NCBI GenBank assembly: GCA_965214835.1
Contig: CBDCCK010000002.1
Span: forward strand, 1,952,001 to 2,016,000
Direction of reading: 5' to 3'
From: Nitrosopumilaceae archaeon
GTDB lineage: Archaea; Thermoproteota; Nitrososphaeria; Nitrososphaerales; Nitrosopumilaceae
DNA: 64,000 bases
The notes beneath the pieces were generated by a model. That model was not told the DNA's origin. It saw only the letters and a program-made list of their open reading frames with translations, and ran no database searches. Numbering within the stretch: the first letter of the stretch is position 1; each line of letters starts with the position of its first letter. A program made the translations under genes and the position numbers. Of the stretch, positions 28,883 through 39,657 are shown one piece after another.

Positions 28883-30232
28883 ATGAATTTGTATGGACTG
28901 AACAAAGTACCCCAACGGCACCAGGACGATAAAATCATCCAAATAATGGACTCGGTTCACAACTTTATAGACATAGCCGAATATCCGGTAACACAGCAGC
29001 TAATTGACACTCCGTACTTTCAGAGACTGAGGCGGTTGCATCAGCTTGGCCTTGCATCAACCGTTTATCCAAACGCAACGCATTCCAGATTTGCGCACAG
29101 CATAGGCGTAATGCATGTTTTTCTTGTACTGTTTGATTCAATTGCCAAAAGATCATCCATGAGCAAGAACCGAATCGAAAGGCTCAGGCCAGTTGGTGCA
29201 GTTGCTGCCCTACTTCATGATATCGGACACGGTCCCTTCTCACACGCATCAGAAAAGTTCCTCAACAGTGGAAAATTCAACCACGAAGACATGACGCAGA
29301 GAATCATTCGCAAAACAGAGGTTGGGGACATACTGAATGAAAACAAGATCTCGCCACAGCTCATCTGCGATATCCTAAGGCATGCAGTCTCCGGAGATCT
29401 GCTGTTTGTATCGCAGCTGATAAGCAGCCAGCTAGATGCTGACCGGCTTGACTATCTCATGAGAGACGCCCTGTTCACAGGAGTTCCATATGGAAAAATC
29501 GACATACATAGAATTGCAAACACGCTGTCAATATGGAACAAGAAAACACCCAAAGAATCACTGAAAGGCACGGTAGTCGTTTCTCACAAAGGAATAGGGG
29601 CAGTAGAGGATTACCTTCTGGGAAGATATCACATGTACAGGGAAGTGTACTATCACAAAACCATCCGCTGCATGGAAAACATTCTAGCCAACATATTCAG
29701 GCGGGCATCAGAGCTGCCCAAAAAATACAGCAAAACAGTCGACATTACAAAAAATGTCACTCCGGACATGATGCTTCGTCTAGACGATTACACGTGCTAT
29801 TCTGCGATTCATGAATGGTCCGTGTCCCCAGATAAAATCCTAAAAGACATGTCTGCACGCCTGATTAACAGATGGCTGCTAAAGGTACGCCAGATCAGTC
29901 AGAATGACATGATCCGAGTTGGATTAAACCCCATGAGCGACATCAAAAAGGAGTTCGAGAGGAAAAAACTCGATTTTGGTTATTATTTTATTCAAGATGC
30001 AGAAAAGATGTCCGGGTATGAACCGTACACGGCCACAGAACAAGACGATGGACAGACTGCGATTAACCACATCATGGTAGTCACCGAGCATGGGAATCTC
30101 AAGGAAATATCCCGGATTTCTCCGATAGTCGAGGCCATCAGCAAATATGACAGAAATCCGATCAGGATTTTTTATCCAAGGCAGATTTCACCCAAGGTCA
30201 GCAAGATGCTTGACCAACTAATTAAATACTAA
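28883..30232 (+). CDS. HD-domain phosphohydrolase (SAMHD1/YwfO-like dNTPase)
   Basis: 'FQRLRRLHQLG', 'HSRFAHSIG', 'LLHDIGHGPFSH', 'DADRLDYLMRD', 'VYYHKT'. Confidence 0.9.
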   Translation: MNLYGLNKVPQRHQDDKIIQIMDSVHNFIDIAEYPVTQQLIDTPYFQRLRRLHQLGLASTVYPNATHSRFAHSIGVMHVFLVLFDSIAKRSSMSKNRIERLRPVGAVAALLHDIGHGPFSHASEKFLNSGKFNHEDMTQRIIRKTEVGDILNENKISPQLICDILRHAVSGDLLFVSQLISSQLDADRLDYLMRDALFTGVPYGKIDIHRIANTLSIWNKKTPKESLKGTVVVSHKGIGAVEDYLLGRYHMYREVYYHKTIRCMENILANIFRRASELPKKYSKTVDITKNVTPDMMLRLDDYTCYSAIHEWSVSPDKILKDMSARLINRWLLKVRQISQNDMIRVGLNPMSDIKKEFERKKLDFGYYFIQDAEKMSGYEPYTATEQDDGQTAINHIMVVTEHGNLKEISRISPIVEAISKYDRNPIRIFYPRQISPKVSKMLDQLIKY

Positions 30233-30234
30233 TA

Positions 30235-30789
30235 ATGGGGCATGTTTGTGGGTATGACATGGCAATAACTGACGATGTTGGACTGCTTTGTTTGATTATA
30301 CACGGCGGCAGGGATCATCAGATTGCTGGAAGAACCAAACTGCAAAAGATAGCGTATTTTTGCCAGTACTTGGACTGGGATATCGGCGACTACCGACTCC
30401 ATTACTACGGACCCTTCTCCTTTGCACTTACAGACACCGCAAAGACGGCAGAATCTGCCGGACTGGTCGAGCAAAGCAGCAACACTCCGCATACTTTTAG
30501 CCTCACTAAAGAGGGGATCAAGTTTTTGGAAAAATTTGAAAAAGACGTATGTGATCATGCCAAGGTCAAAAGCACGCAAAACCTCGTGATGAGTCTGGCT
30601 GATTGGAGCAAGGAAGATCTTGAGCTTGCAGCGACCATTGACTTTGTAGAGAGAAACAGTCCGGACATTGAAAAAAATGACTTGTTGGACAAGGTGCACA
30701 AAATAAAGGGAAACTTTTCCACCGACAGTATCAAAAATGCGCACAGAAATTGGACAAGACTGAAAAGATCACTGCCAAAACCCGCATGA
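30235..30789 (+). CDS. YwgA-like winged-helix protein
   Basis: 'GRTKLQKIAYF', 'YRLHYYGPFS', 'LELAATI'; begins 2 nt after the HD gene (alternative ATG at 30259). Confidence 0.75.
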   Translation: MGHVCGYDMAITDDVGLLCLIIHGGRDHQIAGRTKLQKIAYFCQYLDWDIGDYRLHYYGPFSFALTDTAKTAESAGLVEQSSNTPHTFSLTKEGIKFLEKFEKDVCDHAKVKSTQNLVMSLADWSKEDLELAATIDFVERNSPDIEKNDLLDKVHKIKGNFSTDSIKNAHRNWTRLKRSLPKPA

Positions 30790-30849
30790 GGCATCGGGAT
30801 CATATCCTAAATCTCTTTTGCACTTGGTTGCTATATCTATTAGACTTTA

Positions 30850-30967
30850 GTAACAGGTTAGCCCCTGCCTAGAGTTGGAGTTGCGTCCCTTGCCGGTCAG
30901 GCATGAAAATCACAACTGCAGGCAGATTCGCGCCTGATTGCTGCCTAGGCGGGGGCTAACCTGTTAC
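30850..30967. mobile_element. 118-bp MITE with IS66-like GTAA...TTAC ends
   Basis: TIR gtaacaggttagcccc(t/c)gcctag; 8-bp TSD agacttta. Confidence 0.9.
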
Positions 30968-31171
30968 AGACTTTATGCGTAATCGACCGTGATTAAAAAT
31001 TCCGTAGGCTTTTCCAAACGCAAATGCGCTGATCGGATCAAATTACCGCATGCATCTCGTGTCATGACGCACGTAAAAGCCAGTTGCGCCAAAAGAACGT
31101 GCGCAACCATACAGCACGGCAATGTGCCCCGCTGACAAGTCAGAAAGAATGGCGGTCCGTACCGCCGTATG

Positions 31172-32350
31172 TCATGTGTCTGGCAGCAGATGCAGCTGCT
31201 GCAGCAGCTGGCCGTAGTGTTTTTTCCTTTTCAACATCGTCTTGAGGTTCTCAAGACCCGTGATTATCTGCATGAAATAATTGAGATCCTTGGCAGTTCC
31301 GCCAAACGGCATGGTAAGAATGCCATATCTTTTGAGCCGCCCTATGTGGTGCTCCACCCTGACGCGAACCCTGCTTATCTGCTTGCGGCGCCTCTTTTGC
31401 GTTGCAGTAAGATCCCCGTCCCTGGGCTTCTTTGGGGGCTGCCTGTGTATGGCGCCCGGAAGCATCTTTTGAATGCCCTCAAATCCCAGGTCGCTGTAAA
31501 TCACAAACGCCTCTTCCGGATCATCTGCGTTTTTTGCATTCCTCATTGATCCGGTGTGCCTTCCAAAGTCCGGGCCGCCCCCTGCGTTCATCACGCCCTT
31601 GTCGTTGACGCTTCCGTCCACAGTCTTGCCGCAGTGCAGTATGAGGCCGTCCAGGTTCGAGGTAATTATCGTGTTGAACATGTGCCGCTTTTTTCTTCCC
31701 GAATATCTGGTCTTTCTTGCGGTCCTGTCCCCGGGCCTGTCTACCGGAGTCAGGGTGCCGTCAATCAGGAGCGTCTTTTTTGGGATCAGCACCTCCTCCA
31801 GCTTGCCTGCCGGGGTCTTGCAGATGATGCTTGCTAGCTTTTCGGAGGCAGGCAGGAGCTGGCGCAGTAACACGGCACCGTACCGGAGGTACCTGGACAT
31901 TGTGGACTGGTCGACGTCAAACGTTGCGGCCAGATGATGCTGCGTTGCCTTGGTTCTTATGCTCATGAGTACTGCAAGCAGCGCGTGCCTGATGTACAGC
32001 TTGCACCGGTTTCCGGCATCGCCGCCTCTTACGTCGTCCTCCCAGAACAGGGGTCTGTCCTCGTCGTCCATGACTTCTTCCGTAAAGCGCTCCAGTATGA
32101 TCGTAAATGACTCCTTTGTGCATCCCGTGACGTTGCGAAGGCGCACCGGATCGCCGATTATGCCGTCTGCAACCTCGATTGCGTGCATCCGCAGAGGCGT
32201 TCTGCCGCGCACGACTCTTTTTGTCTTGTTTTCTTCGGACTGCCACAGTGAGTCCTCAAACGCAAGCCTGCTCTTCAGATGCTCGTTTTGCTCTACCAAA
32301 CTCTTGTTTTGCTCTTGCAGTGTTTGGACAAGCTCGACATCTGAACCCAT
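31172..32350 (-). CDS. IS5/ISL2-type (DDE_Tnp_4) transposase
   Basis: 'FDVDQSTMSR', 'IDGT', 'YSGRKKRH', 'SDLGFEG', 'RVRVEHHIGRLK'. Confidence 0.88.
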   Translation of the reverse strand: MGSDVELVQTLQEQNKSLVEQNEHLKSRLAFEDSLWQSEENKTKRVVRGRTPLRMHAIEVADGIIGDPVRLRNVTGCTKESFTIILERFTEEVMDDEDRPLFWEDDVRGGDAGNRCKLYIRHALLAVLMSIRTKATQHHLAATFDVDQSTMSRYLRYGAVLLRQLLPASEKLASIICKTPAGKLEEVLIPKKTLLIDGTLTPVDRPGDRTARKTRYSGRKKRHMFNTIITSNLDGLILHCGKTVDGSVNDKGVMNAGGGPDFGRHTGSMRNAKNADDPEEAFVIYSDLGFEGIQKMLPGAIHRQPPKKPRDGDLTATQKRRRKQISRVRVRVEHHIGRLKRYGILTMPFGGTAKDLNYFMQIITGLENLKTMLKRKKHYGQLLQQLHLLPDT

Positions 32351-32503
32351 ACCGTTAGAGAACCATTACTGATCTTTATGGTTGTAGGTGTGCAAACCAT
32401 GATCTGTTGTGTTGTATTTTTAGATCAGATTTTCCAATTACGCATAAAGTCTATTGCTTTCCGCCTGCTGTTGCGAGTCAGTCTATAAGACACCCTTGTA
32501 TAT

Positions 32504-33919
32504 CAGTACTTCCTAGATGTACTTTTGCAGACCCGACACGGCACCTCCGCTACTTTCCGCGATCGTTTACAAACGAGTCGGCCGCATCGACAATGCACGC
32601 GACAAACAGCATCATGGTAAACCCCTTCCCTCCTGCAAATCCGTCCCACTTGGATTCCACGTCTATGAACACGGCAGTCCTCCACAGGTTGTACAGTATG
32701 ACAGACATATAGAACAGCAGCAGCCTGACGACCGGGGAATTGCTGCACGTCTTGCCCATTATCCCCTTGATCACCCTGAACCCCGTCTCGATTCCCCACC
32801 GACTGCGGTACTCCTCCGGTATCTGCTCAATGACTGCCTCTGCACTTTTAGCAGACATGTTGGTGGCAAAGACCAGATACCTGTCGGCTATGGTCTCTTC
32901 TGCCTTGTCCTTCTTTGCTGCTGCCGTGCCGTCCTTTTCTACCTCGTCCTTTTCCACAATGACTAGCCTGAATGTGGCGCTCTTGCCGTCCTTGTTGGTC
33001 ATTGTATATTTTGATACCGCACCGCGTTCTCCGCGGTCATGCTCCTCTATTGCCGCCACTATCCTCCTGTTCTTGACGGCAGGCATGATGTAGCTACCCG
33101 TGCTTGTTTCTGCAGCCCTCATGCAGTCCACGTTAAAGAACCCGCGGTCATACAGGAACGTCTTGATCCTCATCCCTGATCTGGACGCCTTGCGGATCAT
33201 TTTAGGCACGAAATCGGCCAGTTTTGCCTCTTTTGGAAGCTGCAGCGAGGAAAGCACGAGGTCAGACCCGTCATCTGATCCTATTCCGTGCATGGTAATG
33301 TGCGAGAGAAACGTCGACGTGCCGTTCTTGGGCTTTGACTTTCTGGTGATATCCTCCAGGCCCTTGCCATAGTATTCCACGTCGGTAACGTCCACTGCCA
33401 CGACGTCCGTGTTGTGCAGCATGCCTGACCTGCGGGCGCACCTTACCGTATGCTGCAGCATGGAGCTGCACCACTTTTGCGCATCATCCAGGCTGACGCC
33501 CCGGATCGCCTTTAGGATCCAGTCCGGACTAGGCGTACGGCAACTATGCGCGCCGCCCTTGGAGGCAGCCCCGTCGTCATGCTGCTGCCTGCTGCATTTT
33601 GAGGCCCGCCTGCGAAGGTGCGTCACGGCAGATTCTGCAAACATCCTCCTCTCAGACATGAAATATAGAACGCGCAGTGCGTCGATGTGGTCATACACTG
33701 CGTTGCGACTCTTTGAGACGGCCAGCCCGAGCTTGGGAAACCGCCGTCGCAATGTTTTAAACTGTCTCGATGTTATGTCAAACTGGTGTGCAAACACGTC
33801 GTTTTGTGTTACTGACATGATGATGGTTGGCACACCGCCTGATCTATAGTATGATGGTCAAAAAATCTCGGCAAATTGCGTAATTATCGTGCCTGCAAAA
33901 GTACATCGAGGAACTACTG
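32504..33919 (-). mobile_element. ISH3 family element
   Basis: About 27-bp TIR cagta(c/g)ttcct(a/c)gatgtacttttgcag; 4-bp TSD atat; inserted into a copy of the IS110 non-coding end. Confidence 0.88.
32550..33833 (-). CDS. ISH3 family transposase
   Basis: 'AVDVTD', 'YDRGFF' and 'YRSRWGIETGFR'. Confidence 0.88.
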   Translation of the reverse strand: MPTIIMSVTQNDVFAHQFDITSRQFKTLRRRFPKLGLAVSKSRNAVYDHIDALRVLYFMSERRMFAESAVTHLRRRASKCSRQQHDDGAASKGGAHSCRTPSPDWILKAIRGVSLDDAQKWCSSMLQHTVRCARRSGMLHNTDVVAVDVTDVEYYGKGLEDITRKSKPKNGTSTFLSHITMHGIGSDDGSDLVLSSLQLPKEAKLADFVPKMIRKASRSGMRIKTFLYDRGFFNVDCMRAAETSTGSYIMPAVKNRRIVAAIEEHDRGERGAVSKYTMTNKDGKSATFRLVIVEKDEVEKDGTAAAKKDKAEETIADRYLVFATNMSAKSAEAVIEQIPEEYRSRWGIETGFRVIKGIMGKTCSNSPVVRLLLFYMSVILYNLWRTAVFIDVESKWDGFAGGKGFTMMLFVACIVDAADSFVNDRGK

Positions 33920-34086
33920 ATATGGTAAGATCACATCGACTCTCAGACCCAACGGTAATTGTATATCACAGAATACGGATAAGATTTCATATAGCGTCTA
34001 TAATCTTAACGGTCATTTTGCGGAAATTTTTTGGACAACCCCGGAAAAGATTGATCATTTATAAACAATTACAACGGATTTTGATT

Positions 34087-34845
34087 ATGGCAAATATGCA
34101 GTTTGGAAGTAAAGACATCAAAAGTTTAGATTTTGAAGTGCGTTTTGAAAAAATTGCACTAGACACCCTACATAATAAATTAGAAGCCATAGAGAGAGGC
34201 AAATTCCTCTCAGGTAGCATAACAAGTGATAGTTTTATCAAATTTTTAGAAGACAATATACCATCACTAGAGTTAACAGGAGACGGATTCAACATCGGGG
34301 TCTATCCACATTCAATTAGATTATCAATGCCCGATGTACGACGAAACAATAGGATCACGCAAGTTTCAGATATGATTTCAGATCCAGAAAAAATATTTTC
34401 AAGTGAAGAATTACAAAAAATTAGTGTAGATTTTAATTCCATAGTAAGTTTTGTATTAGCTAAGTTAGGAATAGAATACAAATCAACAACATTTATGGTT
34501 AGAATAAACCTAAGAAAAAATAAAGTTGATTATCAAACAGATAAGCTTAGTGAAGCGATAAATCCCAGTATTCAATCAATTATTGGAGACAATAGTGAAG
34601 TACAGTCAGCAGGGGTGGAATTCAAAACAAAGGAAATGTTTCTAGGTAAATCTGTTAAAGCATTCTACAATTTGAGTAAAAGGGGCCTACGGGACATTGA
34701 AAGAACTGATGCAGTGGTATTTTCAGGCTGGTTTAGTTTTGAAAATACAGGAGTTCAAGATCTAGCAGAGATAGCAGAAGAATACGTCAAACATGTCAAC
34801 AATACAATTGAGAAATTAGTGGGAGGCCTAAAGCCAAATGAGTGA
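34087..34845 (+). CDS. Hypothetical protein (low-GC operon, gene 1)
   Basis: TTTATAAA at 34058; long AT-rich ORF overlapping gene 2. Confidence 0.75.
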   Translation: MANMQFGSKDIKSLDFEVRFEKIALDTLHNKLEAIERGKFLSGSITSDSFIKFLEDNIPSLELTGDGFNIGVYPHSIRLSMPDVRRNNRITQVSDMISDPEKIFSSEELQKISVDFNSIVSFVLAKLGIEYKSTTFMVRINLRKNKVDYQTDKLSEAINPSIQSIIGDNSEVQSAGVEFKTKEMFLGKSVKAFYNLSKRGLRDIERTDAVVFSGWFSFENTGVQDLAEIAEEYVKHVNNTIEKLVGGLKPNE

Positions 34846-35443
34846 ATTTGAATCAGAGCCTCAAACCACTGATCATTTAATTGAATATTTACTGTGGGGG
34901 AATATGCACATCAATGCTGATGCGGCACATGTAGCTGCCGCTGATCATTCAATTGAATATTTAAGATGGATGGATGAAATGAGACAGAAGTTTTTATCAG
35001 AGTATGTGGACAGAGAGGAAAAGTCAACTTCAGAACTATATGAAGACGTGAAAACATTAACAAAAAAACTTCATGTTTTGGAATCAAAAGTAACATCACA
35101 TGATTCGCTGATTGAAGAGTTGGAATTTAGGACAAATTCGATTCCTTTTGAAAAGAATCTAGATGACATGGTTAGCTACATACAAAAGGACTTTGAGGAG
35201 TTAGAGTTTGTAACTGGGGTTCATTATGTACCTTTAGAGGGTGGAACATTCCAATTAATTGTGATTCACAATATGGAAAATAGAGTAAAAGCATTACAAT
35301 TAATTCGTAAAAAATTCCTAGACATTGAAAATGCATTTTCTGATGTGGATTTCCAGCAAGTTCTACTACATAGAAACGAAGTTCAACCAGATCATCTAAT
35401 GGGAACAAAACCAATTTTTCAGAGTTTATGGAATGAAAAATGA
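34838..35443 (+). CDS. Hypothetical protein: coiled coil + possible degenerate nucleotidyltransferase-like domain
   Basis: Coupled to both neighbours; acidic; the C-terminal alpha/beta pattern is an inference. Confidence 0.7.
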   Translation: MSEFESEPQTTDHLIEYLLWGNMHINADAAHVAAADHSIEYLRWMDEMRQKFLSEYVDREEKSTSELYEDVKTLTKKLHVLESKVTSHDSLIEELEFRTNSIPFEKNLDDMVSYIQKDFEELEFVTGVHYVPLEGGTFQLIVIHNMENRVKALQLIRKKFLDIENAFSDVDFQQVLLHRNEVQPDHLMGTKPIFQSLWNEK

Positions 35444-35808
35444 GCTGGCATATAGGACAAAGCAGTCATAACTTTGATACCAAAAAATATCTTGCACAAG
35501 TGAATCCTCTGCACAAAGATTGGGAAGTGACCACACTGTTCTATTCAGCAGTGCACGTTGTAGATAGCTATTTAGTCTTAGTAAAAAACACAAAACCACG
35601 AACGCATGCCCAAAGAAGGAAGTTGGTCAAGCAAGAATTATCCCCAATTTTTGATGATTATGATTTACTTGAATCACTTAGTAGGAAATCCAGATACGAT
35701 TCGTCACCCCAAGAATTAACTCCAGATGAGGAAAGAGCTGCACATCAATGGCATAGATCGGTTGATGATTATGTTGGATCACAGCTAAAGTTATTTGGAT
35801 TTGTTTAG
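35440..35808 (+). CDS. HEPN domain protein
   Basis: 'DWEVTTLFYSAVH', 'PRTH' and 'SRKSRYD'; 122 aa, predicted all-helical. Confidence 0.75.
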   Translation: MSWHIGQSSHNFDTKKYLAQVNPLHKDWEVTTLFYSAVHVVDSYLVLVKNTKPRTHAQRRKLVKQELSPIFDDYDLLESLSRKSRYDSSPQELTPDEERAAHQWHRSVDDYVGSQLKLFGFV

Positions 35809-35875
35809 TGAGACTGAAAGAAAATATCTATCGAGAGAAATTACATCATCAAGGCAATGTCAAGATATGTTAAAT

Positions 35876-37609
35876 TAGACCTCATGCGTAATCGACCGGA
35901 TCGAAATATTCCGACGGTGGCAGATCACACATGCAAGGCTGGCGGCATCACATGACGTGTACAGGGGCGGCAGAGTCTGTATATAGTGCAGCTACGGACC
36001 ATTCCAGCTGGTAAAAACTACAATGTCGTGCGGCATCGTGTGGCGCCGCAATGCGCTCCGTATCGTGGTATCAGAACCCACGCATGAGCTTCTTGTTCCG
36101 CTTGTCCCACAGCAGCCTAAAGCTGGCAAGCCCGGCTGTCACCTGGAACTCCCGGTCAAACTCCTCGGCCGTCCCATCGTACGGATCACGCATCCGCCTG
36201 TACCACTTGATGCCCCCTATGGCGTGCTCTACTGTCACCCTCTTGCTGCTTATCCTCCTGTTCTGCGCCTTCTGTTTCTTTGTAAGCTTGCCCCCCCTTG
36301 GCTTCTTGTGGGGCTGCATGGATATGGCCCCGGGGTACAGTTCCTTGATTCCCACGTATCCCAGATCCGAGAGCAGTTTTACCTTCTCGTCCTCGGGGTG
36401 CTTTCTGTTGCTGCGCATCCTGGCAGTCAGGGTTCCCAGATCCGGGGGGTTGTTCTTTATCATGGTGAGGTCGTGCGCGCTTCCGGGCGCCGACTCGCTT
36501 GCATACATCGCCAGTCCCGTCTGGTCTGCAATCACCCGGGGTGTTGCGCGTAAAGTCCTTCTTCTTGCCCGAGTACGCCCCCCTTCCTCGGTTCCTTGTC
36601 CGAGGGGCGCTGTATTTTGATGTGCGTGCCGTCTACAATCACGGTCAGATCCGGGACGATCTTCTTGACCTCCTCGATCGTGCGGGCGTTTCGTATCTTC
36701 TGAGATACGGTGTCCGGCGTGGGCAGTATCTTGAGAAATATCATATCGCAATACCTGAGGTACCTGCATACCGTACTCTGGTCTATGCCAAAGAACGCCG
36801 CAAGCTGCCCCCTGTGTCGGGTTTCCGTACTTGCGCATCAGCGACATCAGCAGGGCGTGACGGTAGGACAGCTTGCACCGGTTTCCGGGCCCGTCGTCCT
36901 CGTCCTCGGAGAATAGTGGGCCCTCCGTGTGCTTTTTGGCAAGCTCCGTAAACCGGTCGGATGCATGGTCAAACTGGCGGCGGTCCATCGACGTGGTGGA
37001 CTGCAGGGATCCGCCGCCGATTATGTCCTCGAGCACCTCGAGCCTGTGCATGAAGGCGGCGTTGTTTACGGTGCGCCTGTCGTCATCCCAGGTTGCGGGC
37101 CACATCCGGCGCTCGGTGTCCAGCCGCTGCTCCAGCTGCCCTATCCTCTCCTGATCCTTCTCGTGCCTCCTGTCGTCCTGCCTGCTCTTTCTTTCGTACC
37201 CTCTGATCTTCTTTCTGTACTGCATCCTCTCCTTCCTGCCCCGCGCCTTCTCCTTCCTGTCCTTCCTGATTCTCTTCTCGTGCCTCTTGATCCTCTTCTC
37301 GTACTTTTTGATCTTCTTTTTGTCCCGCGCCTTCTCCTTGTCCCGCGCCTTCTCCTTCTCGTACTGCTCGATCTTCCTCCTCAGCAGTCGTATCAGCTCG
37401 GTCTCGGACTTTGCCATTACTCTTGTGCGGGAATGGATCCCGGATCTAAATCAACCGGCTGAAAATACTTGCAGGTTTGATCAAATACTTTCAACGTAGT
37501 GAGGTACAGTCACGCGTGCGCCGGCCCCGACTCGCCCCATTTGTAGCCCGTGCGCCGGGGGCATCGCCGCTAATTTCGTTTATGCATGAGGTCTTATGCA
37601 TGAGGTCTA
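35876..37609 (-). mobile_element. IS5/ISL2-like element with frameshifted transposase (36071-37417)
   Basis: TIR tagacctcatgc; 14-bp terminal duplication at 37581-37608; the 'VDGT' segment is out of the main frame. Confidence 0.82.
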
Positions 37610-37928
37610 TCGTGTAGACATCTATCATATGACTCGTCATTCTTCAGCCGTTTTATTTTTTTATTCATGATTTCTAATTTTAATGATTCGGGCATTTTCA
37701 ATTCCATGATAATACGCCCATACATAGTCAAATCCAGCTTTCTTGTAGCATAATACAAATCTGATGTATCTGTTATGATTTCTTTGTCATCTTTTGATTT
37801 GCCATGTACATAAAAGTTCCTGGTATTGGTAACCCTTTCTGCAAATTCAGATATGTCATTATCATCGATCACATTGTACGTGTTCTGTAAAAGATAAACC
37901 AGCCTCTCCTTGTGGGTTTTTTCACATT
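37594..37928 (-). pseudogene. HEPN (ApeA-like) C-terminal remnant
   Basis: Rx4H motif in 'TRNFYVHG'; low GC; N-terminus missing. Confidence 0.6.
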
Positions 37929-38117
37929 TTGGAAATTTTGTCTTGTAAAACCCCTCTAGTGCTGTACTGTATAGTCCAAAAAGTAGTTCACCCCTTCTCC
38001 GAGTGTGTAAAGTCGGTCAGGAGCAGATGTGCAAGCCTGACCCACACTGGAAGTACAGGTGTGTGGGTCTGGCGACGAAAGCTCCGTAAATACGTGAGTC
38101 TTGAGCACCCAAACGGC

Positions 38118-38398
38118 ATGAAGCTAGAGAAAAGCCAAGTACAATGGATAGTGAAAGAAAAGAAAAAGGGCGAGCTTACCAACGCCCAGATAGCCGGAAC
38201 CATGGACGTGACAGTACGGTGGGTCCAGAAGCTGTGGGCCAGGCACAAAGGCTGCCCTGCGGCAAGCGAAATATCGCATCCTGCGCCAATGGGAAGGCCC
38301 CAGAACGGTCTGCCCGGACGCAGGGAGCACTCTGCAGTCATGTCTGCCAGACATGCAGAACACATGGGGGCTGCAGGACTGCAGCAGCGCATAGCAGA
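38118..38398 (+). pseudogene. IS481-like transposase N-terminus cut by IS3
   Basis: HTH 'NAQIAGTMDVTVRWVQKLWAR' and 'GRP'. Confidence 0.65.
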
Positions 38399-39657
38399 TG
38401 GTGAGGACCCCAAAAAAGAAGGAACGATCTGCAATGCACACTTTTTGAATAAGGAGGTCGAATTACAAATATGACAAAGAAAATATGGAGTACGCAGGAC
38501 AAGATAGGGATAGTCATGGAGCATCTCAATACCAACATCGAGACGGCAGAGCTGTGCCGTCGCCACAACCTCTCCCCCAGGACGTTTTACCAGTGGAGGA
38601 AACGCTTTTTGCAGGGCGGACGCGCATCGCTGTCAGGCAGCGGCCCTGCAACGGCCGAAGGCAGGCTCCAAAAGGAGAACGAGTCGCTCAAAAACATCAT
38701 CGGCGAGTATGCCGTGGCCAATGCGCTTTTAAAAAAAACCTTGGAGGCAGGCAAAAGGTGAACATTGCAATACTGCTAAGGGAGAGGGGCTGGAGCATGG
38801 ACAAGACACTGCAGTACAGCGGTGCCTCCAGAACTGCGTGGTACCACGTAAAAAAGCCACAAAGACAGACAGAACCGGATCCGCAGACGGTCTTGCTTGT
38901 CAGGGAGATCGGCAACAGGAGGCCCACATACGGCACGCGCCGCATGGCAGCCCAGATAAGCCGCGAGACCGGCGTGCCGACAAACCGCAAAAAGATGCAG
39001 CAGATATACCGCAAGATAGGCTGGATCACGCCTAAAAAGACCAAAAACGACATAATAAGAGCAGGAAAAAGAGACAGGTTCAAGCCCACAGGACCAAACC
39101 AGCTGTGGTAGACCGACATCACGTACGTCTGGTGCGGCGTTGACGGGTGGTGCTACTGCTTTAACGTAATTGATACGTTCACCCGGAAGTGGATAGCATA
39201 CGTCTTTGCCACGCAGGCCACCGCACAGGTCGCAGTCGAATCGCTGACAAAGGCAGTCTCCACGATTTCGGCAGACGAGGCGCGCGGCCTGCTGGTCAGA
39301 AGTGACAACGGCGTCCAGTATACGAGCCGCGAATTCAAGGAAAGCATGAGGATCCTGGGAGTCCGGTGCGAGTACATCTGGCACAACACGCCCGAGCAGA
39401 ACGGACATGTTGAGTCCTTCCACAAGACCCTCAAAAAGGAGTACGTCTGGCCGCATGACTTTGCCAGGTTCCAGGATGCCAAGGCCGTCCTGGCAGAGGC
39501 GTTTGCAGATTACAACCGAGACAGGATCCACTCGGCACTGGGATACCTGACGCCGGACGAGTTTGTCCGGAAAATGCAGGAGGTGCCGCAAAAATGAGCG
39601 ATCAGAGCGTGCATAAAATGTCGCCAAAATCGTTCCTACTCATAGGGGTCCACTCCA
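38399..39657 (+). mobile_element. IS3 family element (orfA 38471-38761; orfB to 39597 with internal TAG)
   Basis: TG...CA TIRs; A8 slippery site at 38731; 'W*TDIT', 'SDNGVQY', 'QNGHVESFH'. Confidence 0.9.

Larger units (their letters stand above)
30841..32453 (-). mobile_element. IS5 family (ISL2-like) element
   Basis: TIR tagactttatgcgtaat; one TIR is interrupted by a MITE. Confidence 0.82.

Noticed and set aside
33889-34086. N-terminal extension of the 318-aa ORF (similar cases at 2825, 28838, 37929 and 57296)
   Set aside because: The extensions run through IS ends or non-coding sequence; downstream starts with TATA boxes or family-typical N-termini fit better.
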